From: the human T2T-CHM13v2.0 reference genome, Homo sapiens | Strand: one strand, 5' to 3' | NCBI RefSeq assembly: GCF_009914755.1 | Contig: NC_060927.1 | DNA length: 64,000 bases | Part shown: positions 29,140-42,795 of the stretch, piece by piece | Layout of the letters: the number at the start of each line of letters is the position of its first letter | Numbering within the stretch: position 1 is the stretch's first letter | The notes under the pieces: generated by a model | Told to the model about the DNA's origin: nothing | Databases searched by the model: none | The model's input: the letters and a program-made list of their open reading frames with translations, nothing else | Position numbers and translations under genes: made by a program

Positions 29140-30426
29140 ATCATCCTGGATTTAGGATCGGCCCTAAATCTAAATCCAGTGATGGTATACCCATAAGGGA
29201 AAGGCAGAGGAAAAACTGACACAGAGATAAAAGGGAGAAAGCCATATGAAAGCAGAAGCACAAATTGGAGTGATACCACTACAAACCAAATATCACTTGC
29301 AGACATCAGAGGCACAGAATGGATTCTCCCTCAGGGCACCTGAAGGAACCAACGCCACCAATGCCTTGATTTCAGACTTCTGGCTTCCTGAATTGTTAAA
29401 GAATGAATTCCTACTGTTTTAAGATAGTTGGTTTATATAATTTGTTATAGGAGCACTAAGAAACTAATACAAACACATAAGAAACTGAATTCTGTCAACA
29501 ACCTAAATGAGCCTGGAAGCAGATTTCTCTCCAGAGCCTCTAGACAAGGACTCAGCCCAGGGGATGCCTTGATTTCAGCTATGTGAGAACCTGAGCAGAG
29601 AACCCACGGACACTGTGGCAGACTTCTGACCTATGGAGCTGTGACCTAATAAATGGGCATTGATATAAGCCACCAAGTTCATGGTGATTTATGTATCAAC
29701 AGAAAACTAACCAGATATTTACAGTTTAATTGTCTTGTATTATTATATTAATACTTAGAATCTAAAGTTATATAAAAGTTTTGATGGTAAGTATCCTTTT
29801 CTTGACCTTAGTGAAAATGTCCTTAATTAAACAGTATTTCTAAAATTGTGATGGAAAGAGCACTAGAGCTCAGAAAGATGTAAATGGGTAGGTCATGGGA
29901 AAACTGTCCTAAGAGCACAGTGTTGAGAAACCCTGAGCTTTAGAAAGTATGAATTGTAAAACTCAAAAGCAAAGCACAGTTTCAGAAAGAACACATGCTC
30001 CCTCCAAATTTACTAACATTATATAGACCCAAAGTTTAATAAAGGTGGCTTCAATATAAACTTAATATTTCAGTAAACATTTTTACATACATGACTTACA
30101 AACTTCTTCAGTTAAAAAAAAAAAATTCTGAAATTCTTGGAACTGTCAGAGAGTAAGCTCTGTAAAAAGGCAGAGGCTATCCCTATCTTGGTTATTAATA
30201 TTTCCAACAATTAGAAACATGTCTGTGAAATAAGATACATTTAGTATCAGGTAAGTAAATGGGCTGATGAAGAGAGAAAATATTGTCTCTCCAGCTTATT
30301 TCGCCTGACTCTCAATGTGCAGGTTTCTGCTGGAAACAAGCTAGCCTGCTTCCTGCCCAGTATGCTGCCTCTTCCATAGCTTTGCTTATCCCCTTCTTGC
30401 CTGGGGTGCCTGCCCCCACCCCCAAC

Positions 30427-30770
<344 letters not shown>

Positions 30771-30851
30771 TAACTCAAATACTATCTCTTTATAAATGGT
30801 ATTATAATCCACATGTGATAGGCACTAAACAAATACTTTAAAGTTCATTCA

Positions 30852-31149
30852 TTTTTTTTTTTTTTTTTGAGATGGAGTCTTGCTCTGTTGCCCAGGCTGG
30901 AGTGCAGTGGCACAATCTTGGCTCACTGAAAGCTCCACCTCCCGGGTTCATGCCATTCTCCTGCCTCAGCCTCCCGAGTAGCTAGGACTACAGGTGCCTG
31001 CCATCACACCCAGCTAATTTTTTGTATCTTTAGTAGAGACCAGGTTTCACCATGTTAGCCAGGATGGTCTCAATCTCCTGACCTTATGATCCGCATGCCT
31101 CGGCCTCCCAAAGTGCTGGGATTACAGGTGAGAGCCACCGCGCCCGGCC
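30852..31149 (-). mobile_element. AluY-like
   Basis: gccattctcctgcc and gttagccaggatgg diagnostics; TSD taaagttcatt. Confidence 0.9.
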
Positions 31150-31265
31150 CCTAAAGTTCATTGTTTAGCAAGTAAAGCTTGCACATGAGAAAGGATAATG
31201 ATTCTTTGATATTAATTCATCAATTTAAATAGTACGCGGTTCATTCATTGTATTATGATAGACGT

Positions 31266-31693
31266 TGTGATGGTTAACTTTATTTATCAAGTTACTCAAT
31301 AAGTAGGGTACCCAGGCATTTGGTCAAACATTTTTCTGGGTATGGCTGTGATGGTGTTCCTGGATGAGATTAACGTTTGAATCGGTACACTGAGGGAAGC
31401 AAATGGTCCTCCCTAACATGGGTGAATCTCATCCAATCAAAGACCTGAATAGAGCGAAAAGGCTGATTAAGAGGAAACTCCTCCTGCCTGACTGCCTTGA
31501 ACTGGGACACAGGTCTTTGCCTTTGAACTGGAACAGAAACACTGGCTCTTCTTCAGTCTCAAGCCCGCCAGCTTTCAGACAGCAACTACACCATCACAGG
31601 CTCTCCTGGGTCTCCAGCTTGTCAACTGCAGATCTTGGGACTTCTCAACCTCTGTAATCACGCGAGCCGGTTTCTTAAAATAAATCTTTATTT

Positions 31694-31748
<55 letters not shown>

Positions 31749-31786
31749 CTCCTACTGGCTCTGTTTCTCTGGAGAGCCATCATACA
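31266..31786 (+). mobile_element. MLT2 LTR (ERVL) containing (CA)~24 at 31697-31744
   Basis: tgtgatggttaacttt start; ggatgagattaacgtttgaatcggt. Confidence 0.8.
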
Positions 31787-33390
31787 GATATTTATTCTTA
31801 CAACTGAGCCTTTGTTCATATTACACAGCAGTTCTGATAAGCATCTGGAACGTGGGTATTACATGGCACTTAACAAGATTAAATTATTGTTCTTCCTGAG
31901 AATTTTTCCAGAAGTATTAGAAAAGACATCCACCCTTTTTCTAGGATTACCCTCTCCACCAGGAACCATTTAACTACCAAGTGGATGAGAATAGGAGCCT
32001 ATCTGAGAACAAAGCAGAGTAGATGTAGGCAGAGTAAAGAGATGGCGAGAAAGACACATACACGGAGCATCACAGACAGAAATCAAGCCCCTAAATCCAG
32101 CTGTATCCACAAGTCTTTGACTTCTCAGTCATGTGAGCAAATAAACTATTTTATAAGTTAATTTGAATTGGGTGCTATTGTTTGCAAATAAAGTCTTGAC
32201 TAATACAATACTTCCCTGTGCGAAGTGGGGAGCCTACCATACCTGTGCATGAAAAGGCTGTCACCTTGGCTGCATCAAAAGTATTGTTTAAGGTCAAGGG
32301 AAGGCTAAAACTTTAACAAAATAAAAAGTATCAACACCAGTGTGTCTATTTGCCAAATTGAAGTGGGTGCTATATAGTTCCCATGGACTCTAGAAACTTA
32401 ATTCATAAGCTATTATATTTATATACTCAATGGAGAGCATGAATTTTCCATTATTAGTATTTCTAAACTTAAAACTACCAAGAGTTATCTTCAAAGATCA
32501 AACTCCTTACCAGGTTCTAGTTTTCCAGAGTTAAGGAGGTTAAATGAATGTGTTACTTACATTTCATTTAAAATTTTTTTTTACATCTATTGAGCCCTTA
32601 CTATATATGCCAGGAAGGCACAATAAGCATTATACATTTTAATGGCCAATTCATTTCCATGAAGTATGTACCATTACTATTATTGCCCTATTACAATCTT
32701 TACTTTAAAGATTAATATGAGATTAAAATAATGAGCCTAACAATAACAGTCACGGTGCTAAACACTTGTCAAGAGGGTACTATTTGCCACACACTGTACC
32801 GTTTCAAAAGAAGCATCCTATTTAATCTTTAGGATTATCTTCTAAGGTAGGTACTATTATCCCCGTTCTACAGATGAGAAAACTAAGGCTTGGAGACTGA
32901 AATGCAGACTCAAGGCTTATACGCTACAACAGAATCAGTCTGAAAGGTTTGAAAACATTCCATATCACATCCAAATAAATTGTATACCATTATCTGAAGT
33001 GCATTTCAAGTTGTGTAATACAAGCTTGAACTCATCTACATTATTTATGTTATTGAACTGCCATGTGGTTTACATTTACATTTTCCTCTTTAATTCCTCA
33101 TCTCTGGAAAAAGTAAAGACTCATACTAAAGGAAATATTTATTCCAGCTCAAATGAGTAACACAGGATCACTGAGTTAACACTTTTTATTTCACAAACTG
33201 TTCCAAAACTGGGCAGACTTCAGATATACAGAAATGTGGTTTCAGATTAACAGAGCTTTAAAAAAGCTATTACTAAACTGTGAAGTCCTGTTGGAGTAAA
33301 TCTGATCCCTACTGTGTGGAGGAGACATCTCAGGTCCTGAAAAATGTTCTCTACAAGTTTTCACATTGCAGATATCCAAAGCACATATTT

Positions 33391-33531
33391 TCTTTTTGTT
33401 TTTGTTTTTTTCTTGAGAGACAGAGCCTTGCTATGCTGCCCAAGCTGGCCTCAAACCCCTGAGCTCAGACAATCTTCCAGTCTCATCTTCCCAAATACCT
33501 GGGACTACAGGCACGAGCCACTGAACCCAGC
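33391..33531 (-). mobile_element. FLAM (Alu monomer)
   Basis: Single antisense left arm. Confidence 0.75.
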
Positions 33532-35026
33532 TCTCAAAGCACATCCTTTAAATATATTTTGTACAAAAACTACATTTAAGGAATTTTCTTGTCAGAAAGA
33601 TGCATATAACTATATATGAATACTTTTAGAAGCATAAAATGCACTAAAAACATTAATCCCATTAAAGAAGGGTATAATCTTTTATTGAATTCACATAAGT
33701 ATAGATCACAGACATACACTCATATATAACAAATGTAACTGAAAAGGTACCTACTGACAGTTTATCACTGAGCAAACTCCACATGACAAAGTTTCAAACA
33801 ATTGTCTTACTTTGGGCATTAAAAGTATTCTTACAGTACATATTAATTATCAGAGCTGTCCCTGAAACCAGCTGCAGAAGTGTAAATAGGAAAAAAGAAA
33901 CAAGAGGCTGGCCTAGAAATCAAGCTCCAGTCAGTCAAGACAGGCTCCCCCAGAGAGCCAAAGGGTCGACACAGAACACCCACACACTTAGTAAAAGGTA
34001 CCTTCCTCAACCAACTGGAGTGGTTGAGTGCTTCATCTACAGCAACTGGCAATTTCAGTTATTTGGGTTTTCTTTAATGTGAACCTAATATTATATGAGA
34101 GAGTTCAAACTCTTAACATTGGCCAAAATCAGAATGTAATTACATCTGATTTCTTTACTATGATCATTAATTTTTTTTAAATGAGAACAGTGGGTCTTAA
34201 GAAGTTGAAACAATAGAGGGAAGCATTAACTCAGGCTGTCATTCTTATAAACCTGCCAAACTGACCCAGACTGCGGCCCAGGCCCTGGAGAAAGCCATGA
34301 TCAGGTAGGCATATTAATGCATGATACACCATCTAGCATTTGTTTGATTTCACAAAATCTTCTTTAATATTGACATATGGCATATACTTTTTGAAACTAG
34401 CTTTGATAAAATTGACAGTGTCCCCTCAACTATAAGGTGAGATTTTAGGGTTTTGCATGTTTGCATTAGGTGCCCTCAGTAGTCATCCTGCTGTGTGTTT
34501 GCTTTATGAGCAATGAAGTAAAAGAATACAAAAACCCTTTCTCCATACTCATTACCTGTTCCGCCACCTCCACCCAACCCCTGAGAAAGTCCTGCTCAGA
34601 ACTAAACCTAAGTTCTATTCCAAGAGTTTGGAGAAGGGGATTACCTCTATCTCTATTATTTCTGAGTAGAGCCAGGAGAAGTCTCAATTTCATGTTCCAG
34701 TAGTCGTGTAATATAGACCTTGAATCATAACCCTCACCCCTTGAGCCATGAACACGTTTAAATCTGCATAACTTCAAAATCATGTTTCTGGCAAAAAACA
34801 GATTAAGCTTTAAATGGATGTCCTCAAAGATGAACTGAGACCTTCTGAGTCTTCTGCAGTCTAACAGTTACCGCACCTGTCTAAACTTTTTTTATAATGA
34901 GTACACAAGCATATGTGTATAAACATAAGGACATCAAGACCCCAACCCCATCACTGAACCTAGTTTGACAGAAGCTTCCTGGATAGCCTACACTTCTCTG
35001 CATGAATACAACTGCATGATACTTAC

Positions 35027-35171
35027 TGGGGAAGTAAGACATCTCGAATGAGAGCCAGAAGATTGCTGTCAGAATCAACACTGGCCTTCTCCTTGCCATC
35101 CCCAAACTCCTGGTTCACGAGTAGAGATGTGGTTTCTGAGAGCAACCGCAAGCTAAAGAGTCTCCACTCCA
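35027..35171 (-). CDS. ULK4: ULK4 coding exon, 145 nt, phase 1-2 (VEWRLFSLRLLSETTSLLVNQEFGDGKEKASVDSDSNLLALIRDVLLP/Q)
   Basis: Acceptor tttctttcaag|TGGAG, donor CCA|gtaagt; forms the C-terminal half of track ORF 35023..35337. Confidence 0.96.
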
Positions 35172-35271
35172 CTTGAAAGAAAAAAAAAATGCCAAGAATG
35201 TGACTCCATGGAGACAGAATGAAAATAGAATGTGTAACTGATGCAATTCTTGCTGGTGTCATCACACTTAC

Positions 35272-35323
35272 CATTTTGGCTTTGAACCAAGGACACCAAG
35301 GGTGGCAGTATATAGTCAACAAC
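35272..35323 (-). CDS. ULK4: ULK4 coding exon, 52 nt, phase 0-1 (VVDYILPPLVSLVQSQN/V)
   Basis: Acceptor cttttag|GTTGTT, donor ATG|gtaagt. Confidence 0.95.
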
Positions 35324-36543
35324 CTAAAAGAAAGCATGTAAAAGACTCAGAATCTCTATGAACACAAAACTGATATCAACCACTATCTATATTTTTTCCA
35401 CAGACAGAATCCCTAATCAAAGGAGTGAAAAAAAGCAACGGCTAAGTTTATCCTGGATTTAAACTCTCCATGACATTTAATAAACCACCAAGCTCATTTA
35501 AATCTAAAAAAGTCCTCAGGTCAAAATGACATTATGAAAATCAAAACAGTAATTTATCAAAACCTTCAGGGTCTATGAAAGGAACTTTAGAATATAATGC
35601 AAAATCTAGTTGGCACAGGTTGGCATTAAACCATCAAATTAGTATGTATAAGCTGGTGATCATTACATCAAGTTTAACCTAAACAACAATCAAAATGTTG
35701 GGAAAAAAAAGACACAATAGTCCCCATGTTTTATCAAATACATCAAATAACTATGACAAGTTCGTCTTGGTTATTTTTAGAAATAGACCACAAAGATGTA
35801 AATCCACTATACAAACCACCCCTGTGAGTTCCTAGTTGTATCAGAGAACAATCAAATATGGTTTAAAACTTAACCCCAAAAAACAAGTATTTTCCTCCAA
35901 AATACCAAAAAAGAAAGAATCCCTACTCCAGTCTAATGATGAAAACTACTGTTTCATTTGATGAACTATTTTAGTGACAATAAACAAAATTCCCATTGTT
36001 TGTGTACTTGTTCTCTCTATACTGATAAAAGAGCAGGAGAATCTGTGCACAGCCAAACGACATCTTGCCGTCCATACCAACAAAACAACGCCCTGCACAG
36101 GCAAGAATCTCCATATGTGGCTGGTGGCCCATCAGTATTAACATATTCTATCTCCACTTGACATAGGAAATTTATATGTGACAGTATATCTCAATATTTT
36201 TACAAGGACCCTAAGAACCAGGGGTGTTTTCTTCACCCTCTTCCACTAAGTGATGTCACATCACTGAAAGCACAGATATCATGCTTCACCAAGGTACTTT
36301 GAGAACTCCAAACTTCCAGTTATGTCTAAAGAAAAAACTATGCAAAGGAAAGAAATATATACTGCTATCAATACTACCAACATGATCAACAGCTATCTTA
36401 AAGGTTGAATAGTGTATATCAGGAGAGGAGTAAGACTGAAACAAACGATCTAAGTGCCCATCTCTAGAAATTTAAAAACGAATAAACATGGCCAAAAAAG
36501 CAAGCTTGTCAGAAGATGAATACAGAAAAATCAACAGTATTTA

Positions 36544-39428
36544 TGAGACAGAGTAGGAATGAGGCTTGGCTCCAGCTCATCCCTGCTACAGCATTCTTTC
36601 ATACATTCCCAGTGATCACAAAACCCACACCAGTACCTCACTGATGCCATACCCGCTAACCCCAAGGCTTTAGTCATGCTATATTGTTCCACTGAGCTCT
36701 CAAAATGTTTAACCGTGGCTTTTACTTAAAGAATTCCAGGAACTGGCCTTACGAGACCCAAACTATCAAACCAAAGTTGTGGAGTGTACCACCTCAGGAG
36801 GCTCCAATGAAGCCTCGTCTGGGAGAACTCTGTCGGCCTCATGTCCTATTGCATTGAGAGCCCAAGAACTCATGGTCAGTAACATATTCATTCAGGGCTT
36901 GTCTGCGATCACCAGACATGGGGTGCTTTTTTCTCCTCTGTGGAGGGAGGCATGTGAGCCAGCAGGACAGCTGGACGTGACCCCTCCGTGACTGATGGAA
37001 GGCCACCTGAAGTTTTGATTCAGCACTGCTACAACTGGTGAGTTTTTCCTCCAGCCTCCCTGTGACCCCTCACAACCCACCCCAGACAATGCTTTTCCTT
37101 CCCTCCTGGTCTTCTATTTGTTGGGTCTTTCTTTTTCTTTCTTCTTCCTTTTTCCTTCCCTTCCTTCGCTTTTCATTAACTTAATTGACTCAGTCTGAAG
37201 ACACCCGTGTGGCACTGATTCAGCCTCAGTAGACACCCATGTGGCACTGGTTCAACCTCAATAGACACCCACGCAGCATAGGCAAAAACAGTCATTCAGT
37301 TCAGCTGGTAGGAAACTCTGTCTGGCACTGGAATCTGTAATATTCCTTAAGTACATTCCCTCCCTTTGCCACGCCTTGTGGGAAAGGGAAGGCTGTGGAC
37401 TTTGTCGTCTGTCTATTCAAGCATGCAAGCCTACAGACCCTGGGTGCTATCTTTGTGAAGAGAGGACTGATAGCACGTGGGTCCACAGTTTGCGTCACTC
37501 ACGTCCTGATCCATTTTTCCTTCTTGTGTGTTTAACTTGACATCTGATTGCCCCATGCAGACTGTTGGATGACTTCTTGCAAAGAGAAGAGGATTTACCT
37601 ACGCTTCCACCAAAAAATGGAAAAAAGATGACTTTCTCTTGTAATGCAGCTTGGCCCCCACAGCTGTGCTGCAGTGAGAAGAGTCATCAACAGCTGCTTT
37701 GCTCTTACGGAAGCTACACAGAAAGGCAACCCAGAAATCTGGCATGCGAGCAAAAGGTTAAGGATTTCTTACCAGCCAGGCTTCTGACCTGCTTCTCTGT
37801 GCACACCAGTTGAGTGAAATGGTAAAGATAATTGTTTGTCTCAAGGTCTATGACCCCTATAAGCCTGCTGTTTGGCAGACTTGTCAGTTACAAACGTTGC
37901 TGCAGGTCCTTGAAACAAAAACTGGATGAGGTTTCCCTTTCATCTTATTTTATGTCTTTGAGAGCTTGACCTTATGACCATGGTGGGGTACCCTCTCTTG
38001 CTATCTAGCATCCAGAAGGTGGGAATTCCGAGGCTCATGTCAGGTAGCCAGTCTGAAAGGACCTGGAGACTGAGACACATAAGCACACGTTCTTTGTCCC
38101 AAACGTGTCAAGCACTTGGGGATGAGTTCTGTCTTAAAAGGTCCCACCCCAAGGGGCTTTTGTCATCTTTTGCTATCTTAAATCTATTCCTGAGAGTAAA
38201 TTCTTGGGGACCATGGAGATGCCTCCTCTACCCCCTCTCTAGAAATACCATTTGCTTATATTATAAAAACCTGAAAAATTACCATCTGAGCCTTAAAGGG
38301 CTTTTGGATTGAGTAGCTATTGAAACTAATTTCATCATTAAAAGAAAAGCACTTTTCTTATTCTCAACAATTTTTTAAAAGGTTTAAATTAAAAGAAGGA
38401 TGCATAAGAATGTCGTGGCTAACCTTACAAATTATCTTGAGCAGCTGAAATTCCTAGCAAGCTTGAAAATGGCTACTCTAGTTTCCTTCTGGGAAGACCA
38501 ATGACAACTGCCTCATGCTGTAGCTCAGTAGCTAAGGCTTTGCCTTTTCACAATGGCTGCCTGGGTTCAATACCTGGCACAGGGAATAGTACTTTCTGGT
38601 TTTATATTTGTGTGACCTTTGCCATTTATTATTTTCCCCTCCATGAACAACTTCTGACTTCCTGTCTTGAATTTTCCTTTCTCTGATCTACCTTTGAGGT
38701 GATTATAAATCCTGTAAAGACTGCTTGCCCTAAAAGGTTAGGCAAGGACAATAACTTGTTCAGCAGGAAGTAGCTTCTGAAGATGAGATCTTCGGCCCTT
38801 TCTCCTTAAGCATAAAGAAGGTGAAGTTTCTCAGCAGGGAATGAGACAGAGTAGCAATGGGGCTTGGCTTCAGCTCACCCTCACCAGAGCATTCTTTAAT
38901 ACATTCCCACTGATCACAAAACCCATACCACTACCTCACTGATGTCTTACCCACTAATCCCAAGGCTTTAGTCATACTCTGTTGTTCTTCTATGCTCCCA
39001 TAATGTTTAACCATGCCTTTTACTTAAGGCATTCCAAGAACTGTCCTTAGGAGATCCAAAATAAACCAAGATTGTAGAGTGTTCCACCACAGGAAGGAAT
39101 GGCAGCCTTGTTGCCATTGGCCAGACCACCAGGTGGCCCATTTCTCAAGATAACATCGCAACCAGTTGTGCTGACCTGCATACCTACCCTTCACATTCTT
39201 TGCCCAGCCCAGACTGCATACCCTATCCTATTTATCAATTCGTATGTTTTGACTAATAAAAATTTCCAACCAGCTCTTCAGAGAGTCTGTCTGGGAATTC
39301 TCTCTCTCTCTCATGATGCTTCCTTTATGCCCGGGCATAAGCTCCAGTGAAGCCTTGTATGGGAAAACTCTTTTGGCCTCATGTCAATTTCTATTGCACT
39401 GAGAGCCCAAGGACCATGGTCAGTAACA
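36544..39428 (+). mobile_element. Non-autonomous ERV1 provirus (MER67/MER89/MER31 group): 5'LTR 36544-36884 (internally deleted), internal region 36885-38841, 3'LTR 38842-39428
   Basis: Two homologous TGAGACAGAGTAG...GGTCAGTAACA LTRs; TSD TTTA on both sides; decayed tRNA-Pro PBS at 36892-36909 (13/18); gag-matrix remnant KKMTFSCNAAWP; interrupts an L1 ORF2 fragment. Confidence 0.88.
38513..38586 (+). other. Degenerate tRNA-Glu(TTC)-like sequence inside the ERV internal region
   Basis: A-box TAGCTCAGTAG, anticodon loop ..TTTCAC, B-box GGTTCAATACC, CAGGGAA 3' end. Confidence 0.55.
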
Positions 39429-40454
39429 TTTATATGTACCTACAACAACCAATTGAATAACATAATTCAAAAAATATTTAATTTACAACAGGAATATCGT
39501 GATCTTAGCAAGAATATATATATGGATATAAATGTATATCTGCATATATGTGTATGTGTATATGTATATGAACATATTTACAGGTACTATAGTCATTGAT
39601 GGACTTCTGGGTTCTAGACCAACGTGTAAACAGCTTGGAAATCATCACAACCAACCATACAACAAAGAAAAAGCAAACAAACATGAAAGTAACTATTGAG
39701 ATGAGCTGACACAGTATGTAGATAAAGGGATTTTGTCACTGCCACTATCAAAACTTAATAGCTACTAAGGGCTAGGAAAAAAAGACTCAATTTATAAATA
39801 TGTATATACACAAATATAAAATAACCAACAGTACATAAATAGGGATATGTAGAAAAGCCAGGGTTTCTTGGAAGAGGAAGGAAGTACGTGTTATTGTCAT
39901 TGCTGTTGCCTTTGTGTTTAATCACCAGAAACAAATAGTTACGAAGAGTTAGATTTAGAGGCCTAAATTAGAGCCTCTAATTTGATGACTTGGGTCTTTT
40001 ATGTGTGTGTGTGTGTAAGATATTTAGAGTAACTTACTTTTACATTAATTTGAAAACGTACAGATGAAAATTAAAAGTCATCTAGATAATAATCCAGAGG
40101 ATACCAGACAAAGATAAGAAAATAACTTGAAATTAAAAGAAAAGATTTGCTCAAGATGACATAGGAAAAGTTCTAGCCTCAGCCTCTGGCCCCAAATCCC
40201 TGGAGGTCACACTCACAGAGGAGGACTACTGTAAAATAAGAGAGAACGGCTCCAAGGGTACTCAAAGTGAGGTGGCAGAGCTGGGCAAGAACAGAAAGGA
40301 GCTCTTGGAAACACAGTTAAGTATGACTACCTGGGCCCAGCATCAGGAAAAATGTGTTCTTTTTAAAAAAATATTTTTATATTTCAATACATACAGTTTT
40401 CTAAAGAACTGTATGCATTTTATTTATTTTCTGCATTTAAAAACATCATTCTGA

Positions 40455-40907
40455 GGCTAGGCACAGTGGCTCATGCCTATAATCCCAGCACTTTGGGAGT
40501 GTGAGGTGGGAGGATAGCTTGAGCCCAGGAATTCGAGGTTACAGTGAGCTATGAGTGCACCACTGCACTCCAGCCTGGGCGACAAAAGACTCTGTCTAAA
40601 AAAATTATTTAGGCTGGGCGTAGTGGTTCATGCCTGTAATCCCAGCACTTTGGGAGGCCAAGGTGGGCAGATCACGAGGTCAAGAGATCAAGACCATCCT
40701 GGCCAACATGGTGAAACCCCGTATCTACTAAAAATACAAAAATTAGCTGGGTATGGTGGCGCACGCCTGTAGTCCCAGCTACTCAGGAGGCTGAAGCAGG
40801 AGAATCACTTGAACCCAGGAAGCAGAGGTTGCCGTGTGCCAAGATCACACCACTGCACTCCAGTCTGGCGATGAAGAGAGACTCCATCTCAAGAAAAAAA
40901 AAAAAAT
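40455..40907 (+). mobile_element. Alu monomer (40455-40606) with an AluSc (40612-40907) inserted in its tail, inside a hAT-Charlie fragment
   Basis: Outer TSD catcattctgag at 40444-40455 and 40942-40953. Confidence 0.85.
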
Positions 40908-41789
40908 TAATTAAACAAATTTAAATAATAAATAATAAAATCATCATTCTGAGAATGCATCAATAGGCCTCATCAGACTACCAAAGGCTTCCAAGATACA
41001 AAGATCTTTAAGGCACAAGGTTAAATTTCCTTAAGTGTAGTCAGAATGCGGCAGCAGAAACTCAATGAAATAAAGTTATGAACAAATCAGTGTCCAATGT
41101 CAAGAAAACCACTCTGCTGGGTTGACTAGATTCCTGTGCCTTCCCATATAAGGATATAAGGGTGAGGCACCTGTACAATATTTCTAGCCAATCCCCATGT
41201 CTTGAAAAAAGACTAATTTCACCAAAGGAAAAACATCTTTCTAACAAAAGGGTCATCAAGATAAAGACACTTCCAAATAAGAACTCCTGATCAGGGTGTT
41301 TCAAATGCTAACCAAACACCCCTGAAGGCTATATTCCTGATAATGTACTTGACAGGTAAACCATCCTTCCCACCAGCTCCCAAGTGCATGTTGAGGCTGG
41401 GACAGCCCAGGCAAGGCTCCTTTCTTAAACATCTCTCCCACAAGGGCTGGGGGAATGGGTGGACTCTCAACCCGAAGCTAAGTTGAAGGGAGGTGGACGC
41501 AAACATGATTCTTTCTGCCTACAACACCCACTCCCCACCCGGAAGTTAACATCTACTTGCCTTCAAGACTTACGTCAAGAACTTCCTCCTCTTAAGATCA
41601 TCTCCAGACTCTGTCAGACTAAATAGGGCTCCCAGCATGCACGGTGTACAACACCAATAAAGCACTCTTCAAACTGTGCTCCAATATTGGTCATCCCCTC
41701 CATCCTCATCCCACCCCCTCCCCTGACACCACAGAGGAGCCATTCAGAGTAGGACCTGAATCTGGCTCACTACTTTCTCAAAGATGGTA

Positions 41790-41930
41790 TAGCCAAGCAT
41801 GGTGGCTCACACCTGTAGCCTCAGCTACTTAGGAGGCCGAGGTGGGAGAATCGCTTGAGCCCAGGAGTTTGAGACCAGCCTGAGCCACATAGTGGAACCC
41901 CCATCCCTAAAAAATGAATAAACAAACAAA
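41790..41930 (+). mobile_element. FLAM
   Basis: Single left arm plus A-rich tail. Confidence 0.8.
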
Positions 41931-42356
41931 TAGATGGTTTATCAAAGGTACTTACTAAGAATATATGAGTAAACCAAATAGCTAAAAAGTTTTCTTGGGG
42001 CCACTTTTTACATCACTGCTATAACTCTATTCATACTATTTTTGTATAAATAAGGTATTTTTTAAAAGATTTGAACTTATAAAAGTATTTGTTTGTGGTA
42101 CAGAATGTCAATTTCTTTAGAACAAAACAAAACAAAATCTGATTTGTTTTTGTATCCTAGTTATCAGCTGAGGTCACCCTAAACTTCGAGTTTCAAATAA
42201 AACCGTCAGCCCTGTGTGCTATTAAGCAATTTAGTGTCCTTTCCAAGATTTCTGGGAATTTGCAGAGGTTTATTTACTTTCCCATGATTCACTGCCAACT
42301 CTGAGTTTCTACCTCACTTATCTGCTTTTTACCTTCTCCTAACTGCTATTTGCTTC

Positions 42357-42795
42357 TGGAAGCCTGAATATACTGGTGGTAGCCAGACTATATAAGACAA
42401 TAGAACTCTAACCCACAACCTCTACAGGAACCAGTAGGGAAGCCAAAACCACAACCTCTGTAGCCATTAGCCTGGGATGGTTAGGATTTAGTCAACAACT
42501 GTCAGCTTCAGTATTTTTTGTACTCTTCCAACTTAGGGCCGACTAGAGAAAGCCAAAAATGTTCCCCGAACCAATCACATAGGATGTCCTGCTTCTAATG
42601 AGCCCACTTCCAGTTTCCCCTGCCAAATAGCCTCCAATCAGGGCACACCTGAAGTCTTCCTTCTCCCACTCCCCTCCTTGCCTTTAAGTCTCTGCCAAAT
42701 GCTAGTGATGTTGGCCAACTTCTTTGCCATAGCAACTCTGAAAAAACAACCTGTTTGTTCTCATTTGGTTGGTCTTTGTTGATTTCTACCCACCA
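42357..42795 (+). mobile_element. MER110-family solo LTR (ERV1)
   Basis: aaccaatcacataggatg...agcctccaatcagggcacacctgaag. Confidence 0.7.

Noticed and set aside
35023-35337. 104-aa track ORF as a standalone gene
   Set aside because: It is the 145-nt ULK4 exon plus read-through of the intron and an out-of-frame upstream exon
37199-37278. CRISPR-like 32-bp repeats
   Set aside because: No spacers, no cas genes, mammalian ERV context
38513-38586. Functional tRNA gene
   Set aside because: The acceptor and anticodon stems do not pair well; kept only as a tRNA-derived element
39966-39984. 9-bp-arm hairpin aaattagag-c-ctctaattt
   Set aside because: Too short to exceed chance in 64 kb of AT-rich DNA
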